DNA from: a virus
Strand: one strand, 5' to 3'
DNA: 64,000 bases
Virus record (IMG/VR): IMGVR_UViG_3300042484_000873
Coordinates: 1-64,000 of that record
Shown here: positions 17,122 to 32,100 of the stretch, piece by piece
Numbering within the stretch: the stretch's first letter is position 1
How the letters are laid out: each line of letters begins with the position of its first letter
The notes under the pieces: generated by a model
The model's input: only the letters and a program-made list of their open reading frames with translations
Databases searched by the model: none
Told to the model about the DNA's origin: nothing
Program-made: the position numbers and the translations under genes

Positions 17122-20100
17122 ATGGCAGCAAGAATTAGAACACTAAACTTTTTACCTGAAGTATTCAGAACCCCTACTAATGCACAATTTTTAGGAGCCA
17201 CGCTAGATCAAATTGTTGACCAGCCGAATACAATGCGTATTCAGGGCTATATTGGTAGTAAATTTGGTTATGGTGTTAACGCTAAAGACAACTATGTAGT
17301 CGAACCTACTAAAACACGCACGGATTATCAATTAGATCCTGGAGTTGTATTCACTAAAACAAACACTGCTACAGCTACTGATTTCGTCACATATCCTGGT
17401 ATCATTGATGCATTAAAATTAAACGGTGGTGTTACTAATAATAACGATAGACTATTCAATAGTCAATTCTATTCATGGGATCCGTTTGTTGACTTAGACA
17501 AACTAATCAACTTTAACCAATACTATTGGTTACCACAAGGTGCACCTGCTGTAACAATCGCAACTGACATTGTTTATAACGCACAAGATTATACAGTAGT
17601 TGATGACCCTAATGCATATATTATTTCTAGTAATATAAACCCTGACGGTTCAGCTAATCCAACACTAACACTTATCCGTGGTGGTACATATTCATTTACT
17701 GTAAGTCAAGATAGTCCATTCTGGATTCAAGGTCAACCGGGAGTTACTGGTTATGATCCAAATCAGCCTAACTTATTAACACGTGATGTATTGGGAGTTA
17801 GTAACAATGGTGCAGAAAATGGTGTTGTAGAATTTACGGTGCCATATAAAAATGCACAAGATGAATATAATTTCCCAGGTGATAATCGTGTTGACGTAGT
17901 TTCTTCTGCTCCTTTTGATAGTATTGAAGGACAATTATTAAGTAATGTTGTTGATATTGATGGAGTTACAGCACTCGAAGGCTTAACAGTCATGTTCTAT
18001 AATACTGGTGTTGTTAATGAAACCGGATTTGTTGGTCAATATTATGATACCACATTGTATGATGAAGATGGTGGTGCGCCTTATGTATTCCCTGGCTCAA
18101 GTACAAATGATTTTAATTTTGAAGGTGGCTATTATACAGAAGTTCCAGCAACTTTCTACACAATAACATACGTAGGTGACCCTACTAACCCAGTTATTAA
18201 ATTAGTCCCGGCATCTGGTATCCCTACTAATGAAAAGATTACTCCAAATTTTGGAACACAATGGAAAGCACGTAACTTCTATCGTAATGTTCAAGGTGTT
18301 ATTAACTTAGTTCCATACTTAAGTAGTTTACTAGATACATTGTATTACCAAGATGGTACTGTGCCAAATAAAGTAGGTCAAATTAGATTAATTAATAGCA
18401 ACATTACTAATCAAATCAACGTACTTGAAATTTTAGGTCAAACAAATTACACTGCGCCAAACGGAGTAGTATTCACTAATGGATTAAAAGTTACATTTGA
18501 TGGTGATATTTTTCCTACTAGTTACAAAACAGGTGAGTATTATGTACAAGGTGTAGGTACTGCAATTGAATTAATTAATACACAAGATTTAATTGTACCT
18601 GAACCATTTACTGAAGGAACATACAACCCATGGGATATATCACCTTGGGATATTGGTAACTATGATGTTACCTTGTATATTCCGGTGCAACAAGATTATA
18701 TTACTATTGCTAGAAATAGCATAGATAGAAATCCATGGAGTCGTAGTAACCGTTGGTTCCACATTGATGTCATCAATGCAACTGCAACTTATAACAATGA
18801 CCCTAGTATTGCTACAACATATGCAACACAATATAACAAGGCAAAGCGCCCGGTTATTGAATTTTATCCTAACTTGAAATTGTTTGACAACTGTATTGTT
18901 GGTAAACAACCTATTGATTTCTTTGATGTAAGAACAACCGATGCATTTACACAAGTTGCCGGTCAAAATATATATTATCCTGACGTAGAAGTTTATACGG
19001 CTGCAAGTGCTACAGTTAATGGAGTTACAGGTACTTCTACCACAATAACAATACCAGCAAGTGATGTTGAGGTTGGGTCATTTCAAGTTGGGCAATTTAT
19101 CACTGATTCAGATGCAGTAATACCTGAAAATGCTCAAATTACTGCAATCACTGGCACGACACTATTAACTATTACAGTTGGATGGTCAACAAGTACAACT
19201 ATACCATCTGCAACTAATGTATCGTTAGTTGCCAATGATATTTCTAATGATAACTATGTGCTATATGATGGTGCTAGAATTATATTCTCAGTTGATAACA
19301 ATCCCGATGTTAGAAATAAAATTTATGTTGTGCGCTTCTCAAACATTTCTGGAGTAACGCCGGTAATAACATTGACAGAAGCAGATGACGGATTAGTTTT
19401 ACAAAACGAAGGTACTGTTGCGTACAAAGGTTATTATAATCAAGGTAAAGATTTTTATTATTATTTTAACAACAACCCTGCAATATTAGAGAACCAGTGG
19501 GAACAAGCACAGCAAAAAACAACAGTAAATCAAGCACCGTTTTTTGATGTGTTTGATGCAGATGGAATAAGTTTTGGTGACGCTGAAATATATACCGGTT
19601 CATCATTCAACGGTAATAAACTATTCAGTTATGGTATTGGATCTGGAATAAATGACATTGTATTAGGATTCCCGTTACGCTATAGTTCTGTTAATAATGT
19701 GGGTGATATAAGTTTTGATGTACCACTAAATTCCGCAACGTTCAATTATGTTCGAGGCTCAGCACCTATTACACAACAAGTTAATACAGGTTATGTGCAT
19801 AATTATAGTGATTTAAATACTCGCACTAGAGCATTGGGTTGGCAAACAGCCGTTGCTGAAAGTCGTCAATATCAAATATTCTCATTTAACTATATTGCTG
19901 GTAGTGGGGTATCAACATATACTTGTGATATTGCCGCGGCAACTGACACAGTATGGCCTAACATTCAGGTTTATTTAAACAATGTATTGCAAGATACAAC
20001 TACTTACACATATACAATTAACCCAACGACCACTGTGGTTAACTTTACCGTACCTAATACAGCGGTTGATACCGTGGTTGAAATTACACTGTTGAGCGAT

Positions 20101-23100
20101 CAAGTAAGTAGTACAGCATACTATCAGATACCTAATAATTTACAGAATAACCCGTTCAACACAGATATCACTACTGCTAACGTAGGTGACATTCGTGGTC
20201 AATATCAAAGTATTTTCTATAATAATCCAAATACTACAGGAACTGTATTTGGTGCAAACAATTATCGTGACTTAGGTAATCTTGTACCATGGGGTAATAG
20301 AATTATTCAAAATAGTGCGTCATTAGTATTGCCTGGTACTTTCTTAAGAAAACCTGGAGTTAACTTATACGACTCATTACAGTACAATAGTAACCAATAT
20401 ATTTTGTTTAAAACTTTATTAGTTGATACTGTTAATAAAACAGAATACAATGTATATCAAAGTCCAGCAACAATGCTAGATGATGCATTAGATCAAATTA
20501 CAATATCTAAAGTAGATAGTGCCCCGTTCTTCTGGTCAGATATGTTACCTAGTAAATCACCTTATGCTAGCAATTCATATACTTTTGCAAACTCGTTAGA
20601 TGTAAGTAGATATCCATTAACTAGAATTTATAATTTTGATACAGCAAACTACTATGGTGTGTTAGTATACCTGACACGCACTGTTAACAATTATACTAGT
20701 ATCACTCAATTAGTTAGTGGCGTTGATTATACTATCAGTGCAACAAGCCCTGCATTGACGGTTGAGACTGATTTATTACCGGGTGATATTATTACAGTAA
20801 ATGAGTATTATCAGACTTATGGTAGTTATGTTCCAAATACTCCTACTAAGTTAGGATTGTACCCTTCATTTATTCCCGAAGTAGTGTTAGATGAAAATTA
20901 TACTAACCCTACATATTTTATTCGTGGTCATGATGGTTCTTATACAAAGTTGTATGGGGATTATATTGACGGTAACTTAATAGACTTTAGAGATAAAGTT
21001 TTACTTGAGTTTGAAACACGTATCTATAATAACTTAAAATTAAGTAACATTATTCCTGTAAGAGATTATGATGTTGTTCCTGGATTCTTTAGAACAACAG
21101 ATTATTCTTACGATGAATTCTTATCAATCTATAGTCAGTTTTTCTTAAACTGGGTTGGACAGAATCGTGTTGAGTATAAACAGCAAGTAGGTTACACCCC
21201 TACAAACGAATTCTCATACAACTATAGTCAATCTGGTAATAAGATAAACAATGCTCAGATCCAACAAGGTTATTGGAGAGGTATATATCAATATTTCTAT
21301 GACACTACACAACCTGATATAGCTCCTTGGGAGATGATAGGCTTTACAAGTCAACCTACATGGTGGACAACACGCTACGGTCCTGCACCATACACAAGTG
21401 ATAACTTAGTATTGTGGGGTGACTTAGCCGCCGGTATTAATTGGAACAACGGTGACCCAATCGTAGTCACACAATGTATTAGACCTCAGTTATTACAAGT
21501 ATTACCAGTCGATAGTGAAGGTAATTTAGTATCACCGTTTGTTGCTGTTGTAGGTAACTATGATGGCAGAAGTTTCCGTAGTGACTGGAAAGTTGGAGAT
21601 GTTGCATCTACTGAATTTGCATACCGCAGAAGCAGTTCATGGCCGTTTGATTTAATGAAGATATTAGCGTTGACTAAACCTGCTAATTTCTATAGTTTGG
21701 GTGTTGATGTTGACAACTACAAATACAATGAAGAATTCAATCAGTTCTTGGTTAATGACAGAAGCCATTTAGTAATTTCAGATGTTGAAATTTATGGTAG
21801 TGGTACAGCAAAGACAAGTTACATTAACTGGATAGTTGACTATGAAAAACAAGTTGGTATCGATTCAACACAAACAACAACAGATTTATTAGACAACCTA
21901 GATGTACGTTTGATATATCGTCTTGCTGGCTTTACAGATAAGGCTCTTGTTAATTTCTATGTTGAGAAGGGTTCACCTAACAGTAACAATGCATCACTAT
22001 TAATTCCTACTGAGAGTTTGGATGTATTATTGTATGACAACATTCCATTCAACAAGATTATATACAGTGGTATCATTGTACAAAATGCAGGTAGTGGCTG
22101 GAAAGTATTTGGTAACTCTCAGAATAAAGCATACTTCACAATAAGTAAACCAAAGATTAATGGTAACTATAACTTAGTGACAGTTGAGGGTGAATCAGTA
22201 CAAGTTGCTAAAGATTATTTTGAGAATACTGAAATACTAGTACCTTACGGCACTGAGTTTGTTTCTAAGCAAGACTTAGCACAATTCATTGGAAGTTACG
22301 GCAACTACTTAACAACACAGGGCGTATTGTTTGACCAAATTGAATCTGGTTTGGATATTAACTGGAATCAAATGGTTGCAGAATATTTGTATTGGACTCA
22401 ATCTGGTTGGGGACTAAGTAGTTTAATTAACTTAAACCCTGCGGCTAACTTGATTACTATTCAGAAAGATAGTTGTGTTGTTCAACCATTAACATTACAA
22501 AGACAAAACTTTGTGCTAAATCAAAACTTGTATCCTATTCAAGCAGTTGATTTAGCAGTTGTACGTGATGATACATTATTCTCTGCTAAACCATTGAATC
22601 AAGGTGATACAGTTGCCTATGGTCAATTTAACATTAGTAACTTTGAACACGGTGTTGTATTTAACAACGTTACATTGTTTAATGATGTCATTTATAATTT
22701 GATTACCGGTCTACGCCAGAATCGTATCACTACCCGTGGTACAAAAACTGCTGACTGGAATGGTACAATTGATACTCAGGGCTTCATACTTAACCAAGAC
22801 AATATACAAGAGTGGAACAATGTCACTAAGTATACCAAAGGTTCTATTGTAACATATAAAAACAAGTACTGGGTGTCATTAAGAGTATTAGAACCAAGTA
22901 TGACATTTGATGGTAGATATTGGAAAGAAACAGACTACGATGAAATTCAAAAGGGATTGTTGCCTAACCCAAGCACACGCAGTTTTGAAAGTACATTGTA
23001 TTACAATACAAACACTCCTAACTTAAGCAAAGATGCAGACTTATTGAGTTGGTCATTGATCGGATATCGCCCTCGTGATTACATGGCTCTTGCTGACCTA

Positions 23101-26100
23101 ACTGATATTACTCAAGTTAATGTTTATAAGAACTTGATTAAAGAAAAAGGTACAAGAATCGCTACTGAAAACTTTAAAGGCATTACTTTACCACAGGGTG
23201 GTATTGACTATGAAGTTTATGAAAACTGGGCAATCAAGACTGGCGAGTTTGGTGGTGTACTAGATAACAACTTTGTTGATTTTAGATTAAATCAAAATCA
23301 ATTGACAGGTAATCCATCAATTGTTGGATTGACAACGGGCACGTATACAGATGGCGTCCAACAAGAAGTACCACTATATTCTGTATTCAATTATGGCAGA
23401 CCTATTACTAACCCTAATATACTACCAACGGTGCCTGCAGGTACTCCTAACAAATTATACCCTGATGCAGGTTATGTTAACTTCAATGATATTACAACAT
23501 TTGGTTATTACTACAATGATTTAAATCTTGCACAGACACCTTTGTCACAATTATATGTAGGTCAATATGTTTGGGTTGCTGATTATAATAGTACATGGCA
23601 AGTGTACACTCCGATTGCTAATGGTAACATAATTCAAGTGTTGAATAATTTGAATGGTACCGTAACATTGGAATTTGCACAACCACATGGATTAACAAAA
23701 TATCAAACTATTGCAATCATTAATTTCAATGATGCAGTTAACGGTTATAGAATTGTACAAGAAGTAGTTGACAATTACAGAGTTACTATAGCATTGTCAT
23801 TAGTTTCTACTATAACAAGATTGACTAGTACCAATAGTATCGTAATGCGATTCCAATTACAGCGAGTAGCACAACCTAGTGATATCATTAACTTACCATT
23901 ACTAAACACCGAGTTTGTTAAGAACAAAGTATGGGTAGACACCGGTACTACGGGTGACTGGGAAGTATACCGTAAGAGCATTAACTATAACCTTGACTTA
24001 GAACTATTAAAAACTAATTCAGAAACATTTGGTAGCGCAGTTGCAACTACAAGTGACTTAGGTTACTTAGTAGGTGATGCTGATTTGGGCGTAGCATATA
24101 GATATACATTTAACCCAGTATTTGAAAGATATGATTTAGTACAGACTTTATTCTCTGACATAATTACTGCCGGATCATTTGTTGTTGGTAAAAACTATCA
24201 AATAACTTCATTAGGATCTACAACATTCACCCAATGGAATACTATTGCAGGAACTAGTGGAGTAGCATATGCAGTTGGTTCAAGATTTACTTGTGCAAAT
24301 GCAGGTACTGGTACTGGGGAAGCAGGCCTACTTGCTAGTTCGTTCGGAGCATCAATTGGATATGCAGGGTCAACGTTTGCTATAAGTCAACCGACTGGTG
24401 CATTGCTTGCTGATAGAAAAGTTAAAATTTATAACCTAGTAACCAATACTACCGTTAATGAACTACAACTATTACAAACAATTCAAGCACCAACTGGTGC
24501 GACAAACTGGGGAACTAAAACAGAATTTTCAGGTGATGAAAATTGGTTGTTTATTAGTGCATATGAACAAAATCAATTCTATGTATTTCGTAAGTCTCAA
24601 GTTACTGGTTTATATGAATACAGCAATATTATTACATTGGGTAATTTGACAACAGGAGATAACTTCTCATTCTCATTAGCAACTAATTATTATGGTAACA
24701 CATTGGTAGTTGGTGCTCCTGGAGTTGATACAGGTACTATTAATAATACTGGCACATCCTACGTATACGAACGTGTAATGCAAAATTTTGAAGCGCAATT
24801 CACTAGTCAAGTATTAGTACCACAAACATTTAGCTTAGTGTTTACTCCCGGCACTAGAACATTCACTGGAACTAATATTACAAGCAACGCTATTACGTTG
24901 AACAGTGTAGCTGGATTAAGCCTTAACATGCCGGTAATATTTACCGGGGTAGTGTTTGGTGGATTAGCGATAGCTCAAGTTTACTATATTAAAACTATTG
25001 TAGGTTCTACGATAACATTGTCATTAACAATTGGCGGATCGACTCTATCACTGGTAAATGGATCTGGTACAATGACAATGGTTGCACAAACTGAACCATT
25101 GTTTGTATCTGTAAATGGAACACTAATTGATACTACTAATTATGCTGTTACTGGCTCTACATTAAATGTGTATCAATCATTAAATGCAGGTGATATACTA
25201 ACTGTCAGTGGTTCTACTTTTGTGTTGTTACAACAATTTTTTGCAACTGATACTGTTACAATTGGTGAACAGTATGGTTATAGTGCAGACTTAGATAATT
25301 ATGGTAACGAATTATTAATTGGTTCACCCTTCCAAATTAATTCACAAAACAAAGAAGGTACTATCTATCGTTACACAGACGGCGGTGGAAGTTATGGTAT
25401 TATTACTGGAACAATTAACTGTCAAGTAACTACCCCAACAACTATTTTATTGAATGGTTATGCTGTTGCTATTCCTGTAGGTAATGCATCAGTGGTAGCG
25501 GCAGCGATAGAAGCGGCAAATATTACTAATATAACTGCAACGGCAATAGATAACAAACTTGTTATATCGTTGATTAATATAGAATTAGCAATGATTAACG
25601 ATAAGTTAGACATTGTTACACTAAGTGGCAATGCATTATATGAGTTAGGTATTTCAAAATATACATTAACACAAGTTATCACAGACCCGCATCCTGCAAG
25701 CAGAACTCAATTTGGCACTGTTATTAAATTCAATGACAATGGTTCATTTGTAGCAAGTGCTCCTGTAGTACCTCGCTATGAAGCGACTACATTTGATTCA
25801 ACCGATGATGACAATTATAACAATGATACATTGTTTGACAACAATACAACTCAATTTGTAGACACATTAGTAAATGCTGGTGCAGTTTATATGTTTGACT
25901 ATGCAGAAAACTACAATGAGAACCTATTAAATGTTGGACAATATATCTATGCTCAAAGTGTAAACGCATTGAACAGCAATTACGGGGCTCAACCATACTA
26001 TGGTACTGCACTAGACTTTAATGACAATACTGTTGTAGTTGGTACACCGGGCTTTAGACCTGGATACGAAAACGGTCAAGTGATTATATATACAAATCCT

Positions 26101-29100
26101 TCTGGTCAAGCAGATTGGTCAGTATTCCGTCAGCCTCAAATGGCAGTAGATGTTAATGGAATTACAAATGCACAATTATATAGTGCATCAACTAATAATA
26201 CACTAATCAATTTAGATTATATTGATCCATTACAAGGTAAGATACTAGGTGTAGTTGCAGAAAACTTAGACATTGTTTCTAATGCAGACCCTGCATCATA
26301 CAATAGTCCTAACACAACCGTATCTGGCTCCGCTGTTTGGGGCACTAAACATTTAGGCAAATTATGGTTTAACACAAGTACAACTAAGTTTGTTAATTAT
26401 CATCAAAATGATGAAGTAGTTTATAATAGCAAATGGTGGGGCCGTGTATTCCCAGGTAGTCAAGTTACAATTTATAGCTGGATTACTAGTAATGTAGTTC
26501 CTGCAGAATATACAGGTCCAGGTACACCGTTAACCTTAACAGACTACTCAGTTGAGTATGTATTAAACTCTACAGGTGCAATTACTCCTGTATACTTCTT
26601 CTGGGCAAGAAACACTAACATCATCTTTAATCAAATAGGTAAAACACTAAGTGATACTATCTGTGAATCATATATTAGTGCTCCGCAAGCATCAGGTATT
26701 GCATACTTTGCACCTATTCAATCTAATGTAATGGGATTGTATAATACAAGTGAGTATGTTAATAGCAACGATACAGTAATGCATATTGGATTTGAAACTG
26801 GAACAAATGAAGATGATTCACATAGCATTTATAGTTTGATTCGTGCAAATTATCCAGATGATTTTTTACCTGGATTACCTGCACTAACAAGTCTACCTCC
26901 TCTATCATTGTATGATAGAATGCTAGACAGCATGAGTGGTGTCGATGAATCAGGTGCGATTGTTCCTGATCCATACTTACCTAAACCGGTACAGAGTGGT
27001 GTATTAGTACGTCCTCGTCAAAGCTTCTTCTATTCACGTTTTGGTGCACTAAAGAATTATTTAACACTTGCTAATCAAGAATTAGCAAAGATTCCATTCA
27101 CAGAAACACAATCTAGTAAGTTCTTGTATACAACTGGACCTATCAATCCAAGCACAGGACTTCCATTCTATGAAACAACAGACTATTGGGATCCTGTAAA
27201 TTGGTGGGCAACTGGCTATAACGATAATACAAAATCTGCTGTTCTAGTAGAGTCATATTATCAACTAGCAACTATCAATGCACAGAATGGTTTGATTGTT
27301 ACTGTTAATAAGAACGGCGCCGGCTTCCAAGAGACATATCGGTATGATAGCGGATTAGATACGTGGGAACGAATTGGATTACAGGCTGGTACCATTCAAT
27401 TTAAAACTGACTTATGGGATTATGCATCAGCACGATTAGGCTTTGGTGATAATTTCTTTGATACAACACCTTTCGATACTTACCCAAGTGAAGAAACTCG
27501 TAGTATCACACGATTCTTAAACGAAGAATTACCAAGTGAGATATTTGCATTTAGAAATCAAGGTTTGATTCTATTGTTCAATTATATTATAAGTGAGACA
27601 ATTGAATCACAAAACTATCTGCCATGGTTAAACAAGACTTCATTCATTGATGTTGCACACACTATACGTGAATTGCTTCCACTAGAAGTATTCCAAAGTG
27701 ATAACCAAGAATTCTTAGCTGGTTATATTAATGAAGTAAAACCATATCACGTTGTTGTTAAAGACTTCTTGTTTGAGTATACTGGTATTGATGTATGGCC
27801 CGGTGATATCACTGACTTTGACTTACCTGCACAGTACAACACCAGTTTACAACAATACATAACACCCGAATTAGTGTATGCTAATCCAAGTGGTGACAAT
27901 CAATTTGTACCTACTGATGATATTTGGCAAGACCCCGCATACAATAATTGGTTCAATAATTATGGCGTAAGCATCACTGGTGTCAATGGATATCCTATAA
28001 CAGTATTGTCATCATATTTGACATTGAACAGTAATTCAATGGCAGTTGATAATATATTTGGTTTCCCAATCAATGGCGTAATTAAAGTTTATGATCCTAC
28101 TGATCCGGAAACAGATTTGAGCAAGAAAGCATTTGAATTAATTGCTTACTCAAGTGTTGACAAAGCATATGGAACATTGAATGGATTGACACGTGGTGTA
28201 AATGAAACACCTATTTCTAATCACTTACCGGGTCAACAAATCTATATTGATTTACCTGCTGTATTAGTATTAGACGGTGGTCGTGGGTACGCAAATCCCC
28301 CTGTAATTACTGCATATATTGATACAACAATTTATCCTGCGCCAAGACGTGAGGCAATATTACAACCGGTAATGAATTTGGATCAATTATTGCGTGTTGA
28401 TGTAATTGATCCAGGCGATGGATATGTCGTATTGCCACAGATTTTGATTGAACCTAGCTCAATTATTACTTTTGCAAGCATTGATGTGGATCTTGTTACT
28501 AATACAATTACTATACAAAATCAATTAGTGCAAACTGGTGATCTAGTTCGCTATTATACAGGAAGTGACACTACTGCAATAAGCGGTGTAAAAGAAGGGC
28601 AGTATTACTACGTTGGAGTATTAGAAAATGTACCTACGTATGTAGTTGCATTGTATACAACTTATGCTGATGCATTACAAGACCATGATAGAGTAGTATT
28701 CTTGGGCACCGGCTCCGGGACAAATAATAATCTAGCTATTAGTGCTAGAGCAAGTTGTGTAACCAGCTCAAGACCAATTCGTGAAAATATCACTACATTA
28801 CGTTATGATAGAACTACCTATGATTCTCAAGTAACAGAATGGGCTCAGGGTAATTTTTATGGTAGTTTCTATGCAGGAGCCTTCCAAAATACTGAACAAG
28901 TTGCAAGTTCATCATTAACATTGTTTAACGAAACTCCTGCAATTGACACTATATTAGCAAGTGCTCAAGGTGCAACTTTTGAAATTCAAAATGTTAGAAA
29001 TAATGAAGTAATTGAATGGTCATCACGCACTAGAATTGTTACAACTACGACTGGTACTACAAATGTGATAACAATTTCACCTAGTGTTGGTGGAACGCCT

Positions 29101-32100
29101 CTATCACTAGATCAACCAATCGGCCCTACTACTGGATTCTATGTTGGCATGCCAATTAAATTTATTGGAGCTGCCTTTGGAAATCTAGCAGTAGACACCG
29201 TTTATTACGTAAGAGAAATAGTAAGTCTAACTCAGTTCACTATTAGTGCTACTTTAGGCGGAGCAGAAGTTACATTAACAACTGGTACTACTACTGCAGG
29301 TCTAGACGCAATAATTGGAGAAGTAACAAATACAGCAGTAATTACTATTCAATATCCAGGTATATTAAATGCAACCGCAACTGAAAAGACAACTAACTTT
29401 GTAACAATCCCATTAAATCCAAGTGGTATATGTGGAACTACTGGTTTCTATACAGGATTACCAATCTTCTTTACGGGTGATGTATTTGGTGGTGTCATTG
29501 AAAATGAAAATTACTATGTAACAACTGTAATTAACGACCAAACATTTACAATGTCAACAACTAATACTCCTACTATAGTAACAGTTGAATCAACTGAAAA
29601 TGCAGGTGATTATGTAGTATTAAGTGACATTGGTGATTTAGAAGTTAACACTCCCGTAATCATTACTGGAACAACGTTTGGTGGAATTGTTGCTGGACAA
29701 TTATATTATATTGCATCCATTGATTACAGCACTAATAAAGTTACATTGTCTATCACAATTAACGGCGGTGCAATTGCACTAACGGACGCATCAGGATCAG
29801 CAACACTAACAAGTCAAGCAGACGTAATTCAATTAACAACTGTTACTGGAACAATGACATGTAACGTTGGTCTACCAATCAGTCCAGGCCAAATTACTGG
29901 GCAAGCATTTACATTTTATAATACATCAGGTGAATTTACTAATGGTGGTGCTGGGTATTCAGGTACACCTAGTAACTTAATTAATAAAAGCACAGTTGCA
30001 ACTGTTGCTACCTCAAATTATTTGTATTTGAACTCCTTGTTAGGTGGCACAACTAATATGTATGTTAATATGCCATTCAGATTATCTGCGGCAATTGGCG
30101 GATTGTCAGCAGCTACGACATATTATGTTAAAACTATAGGAAGTGTCGTAGTAGATGTTATTAGTTCAAATGCAGGAACAGACGCATATACCTGTACATC
30201 TACCACTGGATTTTATTCAGGTATGCCGATATCATTTACCGGAGGTGTCTTTGGTGGAGTTATTGAATTAGTGACATATTATGTCAAGACTGTCCCAAGT
30301 TCAACTACCTTTACTATAAGTGAAACTCCAGGTGGTGCAACATTTGATTTGTCAGGCAACAATGGACTAATGACGTTGACTGCTGACAACCCGTACATAA
30401 CAGTTAGTACATCAATTGGCGGCAGTGTAGTAGCATTGACTGATAATTTTTCAGCGTCATCTACACTAACGCAATACCCAACAGCAGTTCCTACGTTCTT
30501 TGTCAGCTATATTTTAGGTGGCTATTCTGTATTCATTAACACTGCAGGATCAGGATTTGCGTACAATAATGATATTACAATTCTTGGATCTTCAATCTCA
30601 GGCGGAACAAATGGACTAAATGACATTACTATTAATGTAAGTGGTATAAATGAACCTGGATTGAATTATAATCCATCACTACCGTACGGAGCAATAACAT
30701 CTACTATTGTTTCTGGTACCCCACCTGGATTAACAGAACAGTATTACTTAAAAGTTATCAGCCCAACCGAATTAGAAGTATACGCTAATCCTAACTTGAC
30801 AGTACCAGTTGACGGTGATGCATTGGGAGCAATATACACAGGTGTTAAATCAACAACTGTAACAGATGTTACAGCATCTACCGATCAATTGACAGTTACA
30901 AGTTCTGCTGACTTTGAATTGAACGATCCTGTAGTGTTTACCGGTGATGTATACAGTGAGTTGACATTGGGTCAAACTTATTATATTAAATCAAAACCAT
31001 CATCAACTACTGTTACATTGTCAGCCACAATAGCCGGCGGCACATTGAACTTTACTGGAACTACTACCGGTTTATCATTCACTATGGCTAAGTCAGGTGA
31101 TTATGTATTCTTACCAGAACCATTCTACTTCAATCAAAGTATTGTTCGTTATAACAATAGACTATATCAATGTATTGTAAGTAACAATGACACTAGTTTC
31201 ATATTAGGTAAGTGGGAAGTGTTAGACAGTGGCGACAGAAGATTGAATGAGTTGGATCGTATTATTGGATACTATAATCCAACAGTTAATATGCCAGGCA
31301 GAGATTTGACTCAATTAGTTACCGGGATAACTTATCCGGGTTCAGTCTACATGGACAATGCATTTCCTCCTGCTGATGAGTTTATATTAGATACTATATT
31401 ACAGGATCAACCATTCTATCCCACTGACATTGATAATGTTGCAGTCTTATACGATGGGTTAAGGTATATAGGAGTTTCTAATACTCCGGAATATTCAGCA
31501 TCAATAACAAGCACATTAGGAGACGCATGGTCAATTAACAAAATTGCAAATAGTCCCTTAAATACAACTAATATTAGCTTTGCTGATGGTTGGTATGTAA
31601 TAACTACTGTCAACTCAGCTACCCCAATTTTTATAAGTGCCGACGGCGTCAATTGGATTACTTCAGGTGGTACATACACACCTTACGACTCTACGCCTTA
31701 TGACACAACTTCATATGATTTTACATCACTTTTAGTCGAATCTAACTTATTAAATGCTAGTGATTATAACGATAATAAATGGGTAGCAGTAGGTGAAAAT
31801 ATCGTATTAAGTACAGACAGGTTCTTCTGGGAAGAAGTGTTTGTGTTACCTTATGCAGGGCAATTAAAAGATGTAAAATATATTGACATACCAATTTATA
31901 ACAATTGGTTAGCAGTAGGTAATTGGACTGTAAGTGGGGTCGATCGGGCCGTATTGTTACGAAGCAGTGATGGCATAACTTGGATAGAGATTAATGCTGG
32001 AATTACCACAGGTATTACAAATGCAACATTAAATGCAGTCGCCCCCGGGGATAATTTACTGGTATATGTGGCTGATAATGGTAGAATATTTACAACTACA